The notes below the pieces were generated by a model. It made no database searches and was not told where the DNA came from. It saw nothing but the letters and a program-made list of their open reading frames with translations. Of a DNA stretch of 64,000 nt, positions 1-12,790 are shown in pieces. How positions within the stretch are numbered: position 1 is the stretch's first letter; every line of letters begins with the position of its first letter. The position numbers and the translations under genes are program-made. This DNA is from Octopus vulgaris. Taxonomy: Eukaryota. The DNA is taken from assembly GCA_951406725.2 (NCBI GenBank), contig OX597837.1, positions 26,536,001-26,600,000 on the forward strand, written 5' to 3'.

Positions 1-830
1 CTGAAAGGATGCACTGATGTATTGATATGCAGCGCCCAGGAACAATCCCTGAGAACTAATTACACCAAGTTCTAAATAGATAAGAGTAGTGAGTTGCCCC
101 CTTTGTAGGATGTGTGGCAGCAGAAACGAAACAATCTCACATATTGTGAGTGAGTGGAGCAAACTGACCCAAAAGCACTACAAAAGGAGGCATGACAACG
201 TGGCTCTAAGTTCGTCCACTGGAAAAATACGGCCTGAAAAGTATGGCCTGAACAGAGCATGGAAATGGTACGAACATGAACCAGGAGTCATCGAGAACAA
301 GGAAGATAAGATACTGTGGGATTTTACAAATCAGTGTGACTCCCTAATCGAGGCTCGGAGACCAGATATTGTTGTGGTAGATAAAGGTAAAAAAGAAACC
401 AAGATCATAGACATTGCAATACCTGGAGATGCACGCATAAGTGACAAAGAACTGGAAAAGATTTAAAAATAGATTTCTACAAGACGAAATTGCAAGAATG
501 TGGACTATGAGAAGACTGTTTGTCATTCCAGTCATTGTTGTAGCATTGGGAGCACTAACAACCAAGTTCGAGAAATATGTCAAAGAAATCGGGATTGAAA
601 TGAAAGCAGAGCAAACCCCCAAAATTGCTCTGTTGGGGACAGCTAGGATTTTGAGATTCGTACTTGGATGTTGAGTGTCTCCTACGTTAATTAACAACCA
701 AGTATCAAAGCTTATAATGTGCGGAAAGAGACTCTGTGAGATCTTTGACAGCAGGCTGCCGTCCGCTCTCACAGAATCTACCAGAACAAACAAGACCGAA
801 CGTTCTGAGAAGAAAAAAGGATAGTAATAA
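1..830 (+). mobile_element. Decayed 3' end of an RLE-type non-LTR retrotransposon (R4/Dong-like)
   Basis: ORFs 89-466 and 441-674 give CRMCG..ETISHIVS (CCHC knuckle), RHDNV, RPDIVVVD..IIDIAIP (PD-D/ExK nuclease) and IPVIVVALG; frameshifted; followed by TAA/AAG microsatellite. Confidence 0.8.
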
Positions 831-840
831 GAAGAAGAAT

Positions 841-1033
841 GGTTTCAAATTTTGCCACAATGGCAGCCATTTTGAGGGAAGAGATAAGTCGATTACATCG
901 ACCCCAGTGTTTCAGTGGTACTTAATTTATCGACCCCGAAATGATGAGAGGCAAAGTCGACCTCGGCGGAATTTGAACTTAGAACATGAAGACAAACGAA
1001 ATGGCGTGCTAACGATTCTGCCAGCTCACCGCC

Positions 1034-1035
<2 letters not shown>
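841..1035 (-). mobile_element. tRNA-derived SINE family B, alternative-tail variant
   Basis: Matches the aggcgg..gagctggcagaatcgttagcacg head and gcctttcatcc..ggggtcgataaattaagtacc core of the copies at 39991 and 58473. Confidence 0.75.
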
Positions 1036-1110
<75 letters not shown>

Positions 1111-1139
1111 AAGAATGATAATAATAATAATAATAATAA

Positions 1140-1170
<31 letters not shown>

Positions 1171-1216
1171 AATAATAATAATAATAATAATAATAATAAG
1201 AAGAAGAAGAAGAATG

Positions 1217-1259
<43 letters not shown>

Positions 1260-1282
1260 GAAGAAGAAGAAGAAGAAGAATG

Positions 1283-1313
<31 letters not shown>

Positions 1314-1363
1314 TGATAATAATAATAATAATAATAATAACAATAATAATAACAATAATAATA
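1035..1363. repeat. Compound (AAT)n/(AAG)n microsatellite
   Basis: Direct reading. Confidence 0.95.
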
Positions 1364-1365
1364 AT

Positions 1366-1588
1366 CTCTTTTACTCTTTTACTTGTTTCAGTCATTTGAT
1401 TGTGGCCATGCTGGAGCACCGCCTTTAATCGAGCAAATCGACCCCAGGACTTATTCTTTTGTAAGCCTAGTACTTATTCTATCGGTCTCTTTTGCCGAAC
1501 CGCTAAGTTACAGAGACGTAAACACACCAGCATCGGTTGTCAAGCGATGTTGGGGGGGGGGACAAACACAGACACACAAACACACACA

Positions 1589-1628
<40 letters not shown>

Positions 1629-1795
1629 TACGACGGGCTTCTTTCAGTTTACGTCTACCAAATCCACTCACAAGGCTTTGGTCAGCCCGAGGCTATAGTA
1701 GAAGACACTTGCCCAAGGAGCCACGCAGTGGGACTGAACCTGGAACCATGTGGTTGGTAAGCAAGCTACTTACCACACAGCCACTCCTACGCCTA
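1366..1795 (-). mobile_element. tRNA-derived SINE family A (Octopus-type, CORE-like accttgggcaagt motif)
   Basis: Minus-strand head aggcgtaggagtggctgtgtggtaag..ggttcagtccc (A/B-box-like), internal TA/CA tract, (agtaaaag)n tail; many copies in the window. Confidence 0.85.
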
Positions 1796-1830
1796 TGATG
1801 ATAATAATAATAATAATATTAATAATAATA

Positions 1831-1873
<43 letters not shown>

Positions 1874-2061
1874 CATTTATTTGCCACAAGAGCGAAGGAT
1901 GTGGGGGCAATACGAAGACAGCTAATAAAATTTTATGCAGTCTCTTCGTGTTTAACGGCCGCTAGGTGAAGTCAATGTACACTATATTTGTTTAAGATTA
2001 TTTTGAAAATAATAAAGAATTTTCTGAAAGAATTTCGATATCATTAAGTAGGTGTTTGGTG

Positions 2062-3550
2062 TGTGAGGACCATGCGATGCGAGGTGACGAGAATAGCTCT
2101 TTAGTACACCACACAGTCGTTACAATAAATATAAATTTGAATGGTTCATATAAGTGCCAGAAAGAAAATGGAGACACAACGTCGTTGAATGATTAAGAGA
2201 ATATTTATTGATATAATAACATGTCTGTCTGAGTGTCTGTCAAGTATACAGAATAATAGACAGGCCGTCACGAGAACAAATGTATGTGTGCGTGTGAGCA
2301 TAGATGTATGCGCGTGTTAAGAACATATAAGAATGGCAATGAAGGAGATAGTGAAAGAGTCTAGAGCCATCGAAGTGAGAAGTAAGTTCGGATCTTTTCG
2401 GTTTGACCGGCAGTTTTTTCTAGCGGTGTCATATGAAGATGTCACCCATAATTATGACCCTAGTATCGATCTATTGTATTTCAATCTGTTTTAGGGTTAG
2501 GGTTAGAGTTAGGGTTAGTTAGGGTTAGTTTGGCGTTAGGGTTAGGGTAAGGGATGGGGGGAAGGGTATCTTTTTTATTCACAAATGTAAATAAACCCAA
2601 TCTGTTTCTTAAACGGGGGACATATTCATACGGTACAGAATGTTTTTTTTTACCTCAATAGACGTCATTGATTGGTTGAAATTGCAGAAATTGAAGAAAA
2701 AAAAGCAACAAATATCTTACAAACTATAGAATTTTCTCAATAAAGCCAAGAGAAAAAGATGTTTTATAAACACATTCTACCAGTATTGGAAGTTTAAAAG
2801 TGTTTAGTTACGTGGAAATTATTTTTAAGAAACTGCCGTTCAAACCGAAAAGATCCGTAAGTTCATATACACAAGAAAGAGAATATTAGTTCGTAGTCGA
2901 TTGTCCACGGTAGTTGAAATACTGTATCAAGAAGTTGCAGCCATGATGCTGAGCCGGTCACTGGTACACATCGTACGTGAAGTCGTGGCTGTGATACGGC
3001 TGCCTGGATCACTTGATACAAGAGTTCTTACAGGTTGTATATTCATTGTTGATCCATGTTGAAGTAATTCACAAACAGTGAAGCGTTGCAACTTGGGTGA
3101 GTTGCTTGCTGTGCCGTGTACATAGAGAGATGATGTTGACGACGTTAAGGACATGATGGTGGCGACGAAGATGGAGGTTGCCGTAATGCTATTGGATGAA
3201 GTTGGGAAATCTCAACGTGGCTGCTGTCGTCTGGCGTTGTCGCTGGAACTGGCTGTGTCATTGTGTGGTCAGTGGTTAGACGTAAAAAGGTCTACAATCG
3301 AAAGACCTCGAAAGAAAGAGAAGGTGAGTTTTTATAAGGAGCTGTAGGCTAATAAAACTGGGTTGAGAACAGGCTGTTTCACGTGATTTTATTTAGAGGC
3401 TCCGGTTGGTTATACGCGACAAATTGGCGTGACAGAGTAAGAGACAAATTGTGCCAATATCAACCAATCAGAGATGTGGACACAACGGGTTCAAAGAGCG
3501 GCCAAAGGCGAGCTGTTACCTGCTACGTTCGAATAAACCATTCACCAACA
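2062..3550 (-). mobile_element. Possible solo LTR interrupted by a MITE
   Basis: TG...CA ends; on the minus strand a CCAAT-rich block (~3450-3470), TATAAAA (~3330) and AATAAA (~2205) occur in LTR order; no clear TSD. Confidence 0.4.
2390..2856. mobile_element. Non-autonomous TIR DNA transposon with GGATC ends (Merlin-like MITE)
   Basis: TIR ggatcttttcggtttga.cggcagttt / aaactgccgttcaaaccgaaaagatcc; perfect 8-bp TSD gtaagttc at 2382-2389 and 2857-2864; internal degenerate TTAGGG repeats. Confidence 0.85.
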
Positions 3551-3607
3551 TATTCTGGGTCATCATCACCATCATCATCATCATCGTCGTCGTCGTCGTC
3601 GTCGTCG

Positions 3608-3666
<59 letters not shown>

Positions 3667-4179
3667 AAGGGAGGGAGGAATTTCACTCGAGTGTGCGCTA
3701 CAGGTGCATAAAATAACACGAAATTTTGCTGGAAGGTTTAAATTTAAATCGCTTTAAAATAGGAAATTTGTATCAAAGAACTAAGAGCGATCTTAAGGCA
3801 GGTTGGGGGTCAAACATTACAATCATTTTCCCGCTCAAAACGACGAAGAGAAATCCATTAGAACCTCTCTGTATCTTGTCTCAGTTATCAACTACCAATA
3901 ATAAATCAACAAGCGTTGTTGAGTAATAGTCTTCTTATTTAACAGGTTGTCACCAAACAAAGAGATTAATCGTTCTATTCGTTAATTCATTCTTATTATT
4001 CGTTAAATACCAGACGTTACATCATTCTGGTCGTTTGTAATTTTCTCAACGTTTGTCCACCAGGAGATTAAACGTCGTGCTCAGAATCGTTGTAATTGCT
4101 GAAATATTTCCGATAAAACAAATGGCGTTTAATGATAATTATTTGCTTGCCGCTACTAACTACAATCTATTGACATATT

Positions 4180-4449
4180 ATCATTATTTTTATTATTATA
4201 ACTATCATCATCATCATCATCATCATTATCATTATCATTATCATCATCATCATCATCATCATCGTCATCGTCATCGTCGTTATCGTTATCGTCGTCATCG
4301 TCGTCATCATCATCATCATCATCATCATCATCGTCATCGTCGTCATCATCGTCATCGTCGTCATCATCATCATCATAACCACCACCACCACCATCATCAT
4401 CATCGTCGTCGTCATCATCATCACCACCACCACCATCATCATCATCGTT

Positions 4450-4480
<31 letters not shown>

Positions 4481-4637
4481 CCATTATCACCATCATCATC
4501 ACCACCATCATCATCATCATCATTGTCATCATCATCATCACCACCATCATCACCACCACCACCACCACCACCATCGTCGTCGTCGTCATCATCACCACCA
4601 CCATCATCATCATTATTATTATTATAATTATTATAAC

Positions 4638-4673
<36 letters not shown>

Positions 4674-4706
4674 GATTACTATTACTATTATTATTATTAT
4701 GATTAC

Positions 4707-4742
<36 letters not shown>

Positions 4743-4780
4743 TATTATTATTATTATTATTACTACTACTACTACTACTT
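4180..4780. repeat. Compound CAT/CGT/CAC/TAT trinucleotide tract
   Basis: Direct reading; source of spurious poly-His/Tyr ORFs. Confidence 0.95.
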
Positions 4781-5156
4781 AGAAATTATCAATAAACTCT
4801 AACTGTTTTTCCCGGCAGTTCCGGGTATGAAATATAAACTATGTTTTCAAAGCGAAGACTTGTTTATTGCTTTGTTGGTGCTGTCGCTCGTTAGTTATGA
4901 TTGTCTATCATTACTGATCAGTCACAATGAGTGGCAGATTAAATGTCAATCAGATATGGCATTTAATCGACAATTCGTGCAGCTACGTTTGATTGCCGAC
5001 ATATTTTCGAATCACTTGATCAGAAATCTAGATTTTTCCAGGAAATTAAACACATTATCTGCATCTTTGCAAATCTGGTTTGATATACATGTTACACACA
5101 CACACATGCACACGTACACGCGCACACACACACACACGAACATGCACACACACACG

Positions 5157-5258
<102 letters not shown>

Positions 5259-5485
5259 GACACACACACACACACACGCACAAGCACACACACACACATG
5301 TAAGGTACTGCCCAGGGATTTATGACAGACAAATTATAGACACGAACTTCGCTGCGGGTTAGCTAGGGAGTTTGTCTGCGGCGATGTTGATTTTCGGTTA
5401 AGCGGGCTTCTACGAAGCAGGGGTTGACTAGGGGCTGTCGTCCTCATGTGTTTAACTAAATAAACCTTTTACCAACATATTCCGG

Positions 5486-5920
5486 GGATCTTTTCGGTTT
5501 GAACGGCAGTTTTTTCTAGCGGTGTCATATGAAATTGTCACCCATAATTATGACCCTAGTATCGATCTATTGCATTTCAATCTGTTTTAGGGTTAAGGTT
5601 AGTTAGGGTTAGGGTTAGGGGTGGGGGGAAGGGTATCTTTTTTTTCTTCAGAAATGTAAATAAACCCAATCTGTTTCTTAAACGAGGGACATATTCAAAA
5701 GGCACAGAATGTTTTCAGCTCAATAGACGTCATTGATTGGTTGAAATTGCTGAAATTGAAGAAAAAAAAACAACAAATATCTTACAAACTATAGAATTTT
5801 CTCAATAAAGCCAAGAGAAAAAGATGTTTTATAAACACATTCTACCAGTATACGAAGTTTAAAAGTGTTTAGTTACGTGGAAAATATTTTTAAAAACTGC
5901 CGTTCAAACCGAAAAGATCC
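5486..5920. mobile_element. Second copy of the GGATC-TIR MITE
   Basis: Colinear with 2390-2856, both TIRs intact, no TSD visible. An isolated end also lies at 6174-6217. Confidence 0.85.
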
Positions 5921-6651
5921 ATTTTTTTTTGTGTGTATAGCTTAACTAAAGTTATAACTGGTTATCTCAGAGAAGAACAACAGCTCTCGCTTCGCAGATT
6001 GAAGTAAACAGAAAATCAAAGAAACATGGCAAGCGATTACACAACAGCACCGAAGCTACCGCATATCTGGCCAAAGAGGACTGAGCTGCGGTTCACGCAG
6101 GCGGAGCGCAATTTAACATACACAAAATAAATCAGACCGAAAGAAATATTCGTACGTAGTAGCGACACTAGATGGATCTTTTCGGTTTGAACGGCAGTTT
6201 TTAAAAAATAATTTCCATGACAGCTGATGGACCATGGCTTGTTGATAGGGGATGCAGGTCTTGGTCCACTCCCCAATTTGCTTGGTTATGCCGTGCCAAA
6301 TAAATTTGCTTGACACTAGGCACTGTGTGGTTCTAGTACCCGGGTGAGACAGTCCGTGAATAATGTCGAAAACCTTCCTGCGCCAGGCTAATGGGACAAT
6401 CAGTGATTCGATACCCCATTGGCATTCACTCTCCTCACAGCTGTTTTCACAGCTGCATTTCCAACCTAGAACGATCGATGAAGAAGAAGACGAACCACGG
6501 CACTGTAAATATGTATAAAAATTACTCCAAGTGTTAAATTCCTAACAAAGACTTTCTGCATGTGTCATAGACGTTGTTTCCTCTGAATATTTCTCTATTT
6601 GTATTGCATAAACTCCTGTATTAATGTAACAAATAAACGATGCTCTAAATC

Positions 6652-6795
6652 ATACGACGTGACGCCGTAAAGTTCCTGGTTTTAAGGGTGTCACGAAAGG
6701 CTTGGTAGGAGGCCCAACATTTCAAGTTCTTTTACAGGGCTTAGAAAAACTGAAGGACCGCTGCAATAAGTGTGTGAATCTGAGAGGGGAATTAA
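6652..6795 (+). mobile_element. Mariner-derived remnant
   Basis: tacga..aaagttcctgg TIR-like start; encodes GLEKLKDRCNKCVNLRGE, typical of the mariner transposase C-terminus. Confidence 0.5.
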
Positions 6796-6799
6796 AAAA

Positions 6800-7202
6800 T
6801 TTTTTTTTATTTTACTCGTTTCAGTCATTTGACTGCGGCCATGCTGGAGCACCGCCTTTAGTCGAGCAAATCGACCCCGGGACTTATTCTTTGTAAGCCC
6901 AGTACTTATTCTATCGGTCTCTTTTTGCCGAACCGCTAAGTGACGGGGACGTAAACACACCAGCATCGGTTGTCAAGCAATGCTAGGGGGACAAACACAG
7001 ACACTCAAACATACACACACATATATATATATATATACATATATACGACAGGCTTCTTTCAGTTTCCGTCTACCAAATCCACTCACAAGACATTGGTCGG
7101 CCCGAGGCTATAGTAGAAGACACTTGCCCAAGATGCCACGCAGTGGGACTGAACCCGGAACCATGTGGTTGGTTAGCAAGCTACTTACCACACAGCCACT
7201 CC
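6800..7202 (-). mobile_element. SINE family A
   Basis: Colinear with 1366-1795. Confidence 0.85.
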
Positions 7203-7239
7203 ACCGGAATATAAATAAATAAATAAATAAATAACTAAA

Positions 7240-7447
7240 TGCGCCCTTTTAAAGCCTGACCAGGCTCAAGGGTCCGGTTTCCTGGTTTCTATGGCGTATG
7301 TGTTCCCCAGCTGGACGTGACGCCAGTCCATCGTAGCGTTACTCATTTTTGCCAGTTGAGTGGACTGGAGCAACATGAAATGAAGTGTTTTGCTCAAGAA
7401 CACAACGCGTCGCCCGGTCCAGGAATCGAAACCACAATCTTACGATT
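7240..7447 (-). mobile_element. tRNA-derived SINE family D fragment
   Basis: Shares ctggagcaa..tgaaat.aagtgt.tt.ctcaagaacacaac.cg..gcccggtcc with 59925-60285. Confidence 0.6.
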
Positions 7448-7593
7448 GAAGAATTTTTCAGACGAATGGATTGACCCCAGTACAGTTTTTTTTTTTAAGC
7501 CCGGCACTTATTCTGTCAGTCAGGTTACGGAGATATAAACGTACCATCACCGGTTGTCAAGCGGTGGTAGTGGGACAAACATAGACACAAAGA

Positions 7594-7650
<57 letters not shown>

Positions 7651-7731
7651 TAGGTCCTGGGGTCGATTTGCTGGACTAAAGGCGGTGCTCCAGCATGGCC
7701 ACAGTCAAATGACTGAAACAAGCAAAAGGGT

Positions 7732-7778
<47 letters not shown>

Positions 7779-7789
7779 CTATTCTCTTG

Positions 7790-8010
7790 TACTCTTACAT
7801 TTTTACTTGCTTCAGTAATGTGACAGCGGCCATGCTGCAGCGTCACCTTTTACTCGAACAAATCAACCCCAGGATTTCTTTTTTAAAGTCTGGTACTTAT
7901 TCTATCGGTCTCTTTTACCGAACTGATAAGTTACGGGGATGTAAACACACCAACACAGGTCAAGCGGTGATGGTGGGGGTCAAACACAGGCACAAAAACA
8001 CATACATACA

Positions 8011-8041
<31 letters not shown>

Positions 8042-8181
8042 TTATACGACGGGCTTCCTTCAGTTTCCATCTACCAAATCCACTCATAGGGCTTTATTCG
8101 GCTCGAGGCTATAGTAGAAGACACCTGCCTAAGGTACCACGCAGTGGGATTGAACCACAACCATGTGGTTGGGGAGCAAGC
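7790..8181 (-). mobile_element. SINE family A, split by an insertion; its head continues at 39935-39970
   Basis: Ends ccatgtggttggggagcaagc; the missing tacttaccacacagcc..ctacgcct follows gatcaagc at 39943. Confidence 0.8.
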
Positions 8182-8552
8182 GGATCTTTTCTTTTTGAAA
8201 GCCAGATTTTCCTAGTTAACTAAACAATTTGAAACTTCGTATACTGGTAGAATGTGTCAAAAGAAAATATAATTGTAAACCAAAATGAAAACGGAATTGT
8301 AATTTCTAAGTTTAACGTTGTTTAAAAATTCAAATTTTAACCAATGATATTCTTTCTTTCGGCCTCATATTATTTACTGCTTCTCAAAATATTGTTACTG
8401 TGACGTAAACAGCTATTTTGTGACGTAGTTAACGTAAACATGTAAATAGCTAACTAAAATGTAAACATCTCCGCTTATCATAAACTTCGTGGAGTATATA
8501 TAAAATTTGTGTAGATCCTAAATAGCTACACACACACATGTATACAAACATA

Positions 8553-8589
<37 letters not shown>

Positions 8590-8784
8590 CTATACACACA
8601 TATTCTAATGCATATGCATATATGTGTATATATTTATAATGTGTGTGTATTATAGATGCATACATTATATATATATATATATAAAAGATGTTTACATACA
8701 ATATATATATGTTATATACATCTACATGTATATGTATGTATGAATATATAAGTACCACAGAATTTGGATCAAACTGTTTTGATC

Positions 8785-8818
<34 letters not shown>

Positions 8819-9019
8819 AACACTACCATCCATGAGACATCCTAACATAATCAATGCTACTACTACTATCATCATCATTATCATCATCATCCACTGCTGC
8901 CACCACCACCACCACCACCACCACCTCTACAAAAACACCAACACTATAATTGCTGCCATCATACACATCCACTGTCACCACCACCACCACCACTGCCATG
9001 ATAACCACATCTACCACAG

Positions 9020-9337
9020 CTGTTTGCTTACTGCTTACCCACTCACAAAATAGCTATCTACGTCACATTAACACTATGCAGCTAATAATTTCAAATGAAA
9101 ACAGAAAATATGATTGGTTAAGGATAGAATAAGTACTGGGCTTACAAAAAGAATAAGTCCCGGGGTCGAGTTGCTCGATTAAAGGCGATGCTCCAGCATG
9201 GCCGCGGTCAAGAGTAACATTAAAAGTAAAATATGTTTTATATGCCACATTAGGGTTAGGGTCAGTGTCCGAAGGTTGAAAGTGTTTAGTTACAAAAAAT
9301 ATATTTCTCGATCTGCCGTTGAAAGGGTAAAGATCCC
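9020..9337. mobile_element. Older, diverged end of a related GGATC-TIR family, interrupted by a SINE tail
   Basis: cacaaaatagcta.ctacgtcaca, gtgtttagttac and ctgccgttgaaagggtaaagatcc resemble the TIR family; SINE A tail at 9123-9210. Confidence 0.55.
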
Positions 9338-10549
9338 TTATATTATTTATTTAAACCCTTTACAAACTAGAAGGCCATCGGTTGAATAAAACAACATTGT
9401 TCCTCAACAGAACAATAAGGCTCTATAGTTAGGGGGAAATTTACCCATTCAGTTTCAAAATTCAGGTGGAGCCAAAAGAGGTCTCTACACATACATACGT
9501 ATACACACACACACATACATACATACATATATCCAGACAAACTGCCGTTTATATATAGAGATATATATATATATATATACCGCTTGGATCGCTTTCAATC
9601 CCACGATTCGCTCCAAAATTTACAGGGACATGTAGAAATAGGTGACGAAGCTCGTGGGCTACCTTAGAAATCCCTATCTTAAAAGGTGTGGTTGCTAGGG
9701 GCCATCTTCCTCACTCACGCTATTTCCTCCAGTACCCTCTAACTCCCCTCCATATATAACTTTGATAATTCCACTACCGTTATTTAAAGTATCTGTCACT
9801 TTCGCTATTTCCTCTCTTTTTCACTCACTCTGTTTCTTACCTTCCCATTACATCGACGTTCTTTTACGTATCTGTCTGTCACCAACAACACACGAGCATG
9901 AGAACAAATATTATGAATCAGATATTCTTGCGTTCATTTATATGTATGTGTGTGTGTGTGTGTTCTATATATAAATATGTATATATAATGTATGTGTGTG
10001 TGTGTGTGTGTTCTATATATAAATGTGTATATATAATGTATGTGTGTGTGTGTGTGTGTGTTCTATATATAAATATGTATATATAATGTATGTGTGCGTG
10101 TGTGTGTTCTATATATACATATGTATATATAATGTATGTGTGTGTCTGTTCTATATATAAATATGTATATACAATGTATATATACAAAGTGTATATATCT
10201 GTATTTATGTATATTAAACTTTTTCATACTTTTTCATAGTTATATATATTTTTAAACAAATTATATTTTCAATTTAATTTAAATTTATCAATTTTATATT
10301 TTCTATATTATATTTTTTTTAATGTTTTTGTTTTTTCACTGTTTGATTTGCCTAAAAATTCCATTTTTCACTTTTATGAATATACCCAGAGTGCTCTAAT
10401 CGAATATGAACTGTCTTCCCATTGGCGGACGTTTTTTTTTTTTTTTTTGAAACAAACATATTGCCTCTTTCGTTTTAAAACAATAAAACAATACTACCTT
10501 AATACATTGGTCCAACAAACAAAACATCACCCACTCTCATTCGTTTATG

Positions 10550-10660
10550 TATCTGAGAATGTGTGTCTGTCTGTCTGCGTGTTTCCCTAAAACTTGAGAA
10601 CTACACAACCAATTTCATTCAAATTTTACACATGACTTACTTAGGGTATAAGGAGTGTAT
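10550..10660 (+). mobile_element. 5' part of a non-autonomous Helitron-like element
   Basis: ctgagaatgtgtgtctg..tttccctaaaacttgagaactacacaaccaatttcattcaaattttacac matches the 5' ends at 44390-44489 and 45405-45525. Confidence 0.6.
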
Positions 10661-10667
10661 TGAGCTG

Positions 10668-11390
10668 GGCTCTGGGCGCCATTGGGCTCACTGTCCACGG
10701 CCACGAGACAACAGTGAGCGCTATGGCGACCAGAGCTCGCTCTGGGCGCCATAGGGCTCACTGTCCACGGCCACGAGACAACAGTGAGCGCTATGGCGAC
10801 CAGAGCTCGCTCTGGGCGCCATTGGGCTCACTGTCCACGGCCACGAGACAACAGTGAGCGCTATGGCGACCAGAGCTCGCTCTGGGCGCCATTGGGCTCA
10901 CTGTCCACGGCCACGAGACAACAGTGAGCGCTATGGCGACCAGAGCTCGCTCTGGGCGCCATTGGGCTCACTGTCCACGGCCACGAGACAACAGTGAGCG
11001 CTATGGCGACCAGAGCTCGCTCTGGGCGCCATTGGGCTCACTGTCCACGGCCACGAGACAACAGTGAGCGCTATGGCGACCAGAGCTCGCTCTGGGCGCC
11101 ATTGGGCTCAGATGCTCTGGGGCCATTGGGCTCACTGTCCACGGCCACGAGACAACAGTGAGCGCTATGGCGACCAGAGCTCGCTCTGGGCGCCATTGGG
11201 CTCACTGTCCGCGGCCACGAGACAACAGTGAGCGCTATGGCGACCAGAGCTCGCTCTGGGCGCCATTGGGCTCACTGTCCACGGCCACGAGACAACAGTG
11301 AGCGCTATGGCGACCAGAGCTCGCTCTGGGCGCCATTGGGCTCACTGTCCACGGCCACGAGACAACAGTGAGCGCCATGCGACCAGAGCA
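10668..11390. repeat. GC-rich 70-bp minisatellite, about 10 near-identical units, each with two hairpins
   Basis: Unit ctatggcgaccagagctcgctctgggcgccattgggctcactgtccacggccacgagacaacagtgagcg; one irregular junction near 11110-11125. Confidence 0.95.
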
Positions 11391-11391
11391 T

Positions 11392-12092
<701 letters not shown>

Positions 12093-12790
12093 AATTTTAA
12101 TTACATAGAGAACTGTAGCGTGGAGGCAGCATATAAAATAAACAACCCCTCATCAGTTGTTGGCAGTTTTACTAACACCGCATTGCAACAAGATGTGTCT
12201 TCGTTAAACAATTGCTCCCCCAAAGAAAATTAGATAAAAATTTGACATACGTGGAACGTCAAAGCTGCTAACAAAATCAGGACAGTCAAAATTTTCGCTA
12301 AGGGCTGTTTAACCCTAACGATGTGACTTGGTGAACGCTGCAGAAAGAAAGCTTTGTCAAGAGACAGACGGGAATGCATGAACGAAAAGAAAAAGAATTA
12401 CATTTAGAAATAGATCTATAGTTATTGAGGACAGAATTTCTGTTAGAAATAGAGAACTATAAATATTGAATTATGCATAAGGCGCTGACTTACATTCGGG
12501 GCTTCCAATTTCTCTGTAAAATATAAGATTGTCGCAAAATCATCGCACATGTCACCATCGATTACAAATGCCGGTGGAAGATAAACGTTAAAGGAGGACA
12601 TTCTTGTTCTTTCGTTCGTACAAGGATCGTATTATGTTTCGGCTTAAAATAAATTATAGATACAAATATAATGTATAGAAATATATAAAAACCAGAATAG
12701 AAAATAAACGTCTTAGGCATATAAAATGAGATAACATGAGATATCAAGGTGTTATAAACTTGAAACTTACTAGAATATCATAGATTATAT

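Noticed and set aside
2490-2560. Telomere or chromosome-fusion scar
   Set aside because: Short, degenerate and internal to a repeated MITE.
5299-6650. Possible second solo LTR
   Set aside because: TG start and AATAAA present but no defined CA end or TSD.
8182-9337. Treating 8182-9337 as one self-contained MITE
   Set aside because: The 9337 end is much more diverged, has no matching TSD and is not followed by the rest of the split SINE.
10676-10730. Resemblance to AAV ITR (gctcactg..cagtgagc) or RAG signal heptamers
   Set aside because: Only 8-9 bp matches; no parvoviral ORF and no nonamer at proper spacing.
10668-11390. CRISPR-like array
   Set aside because: Units are identical end to end with no unique spacers, no cas genes, eukaryotic context.
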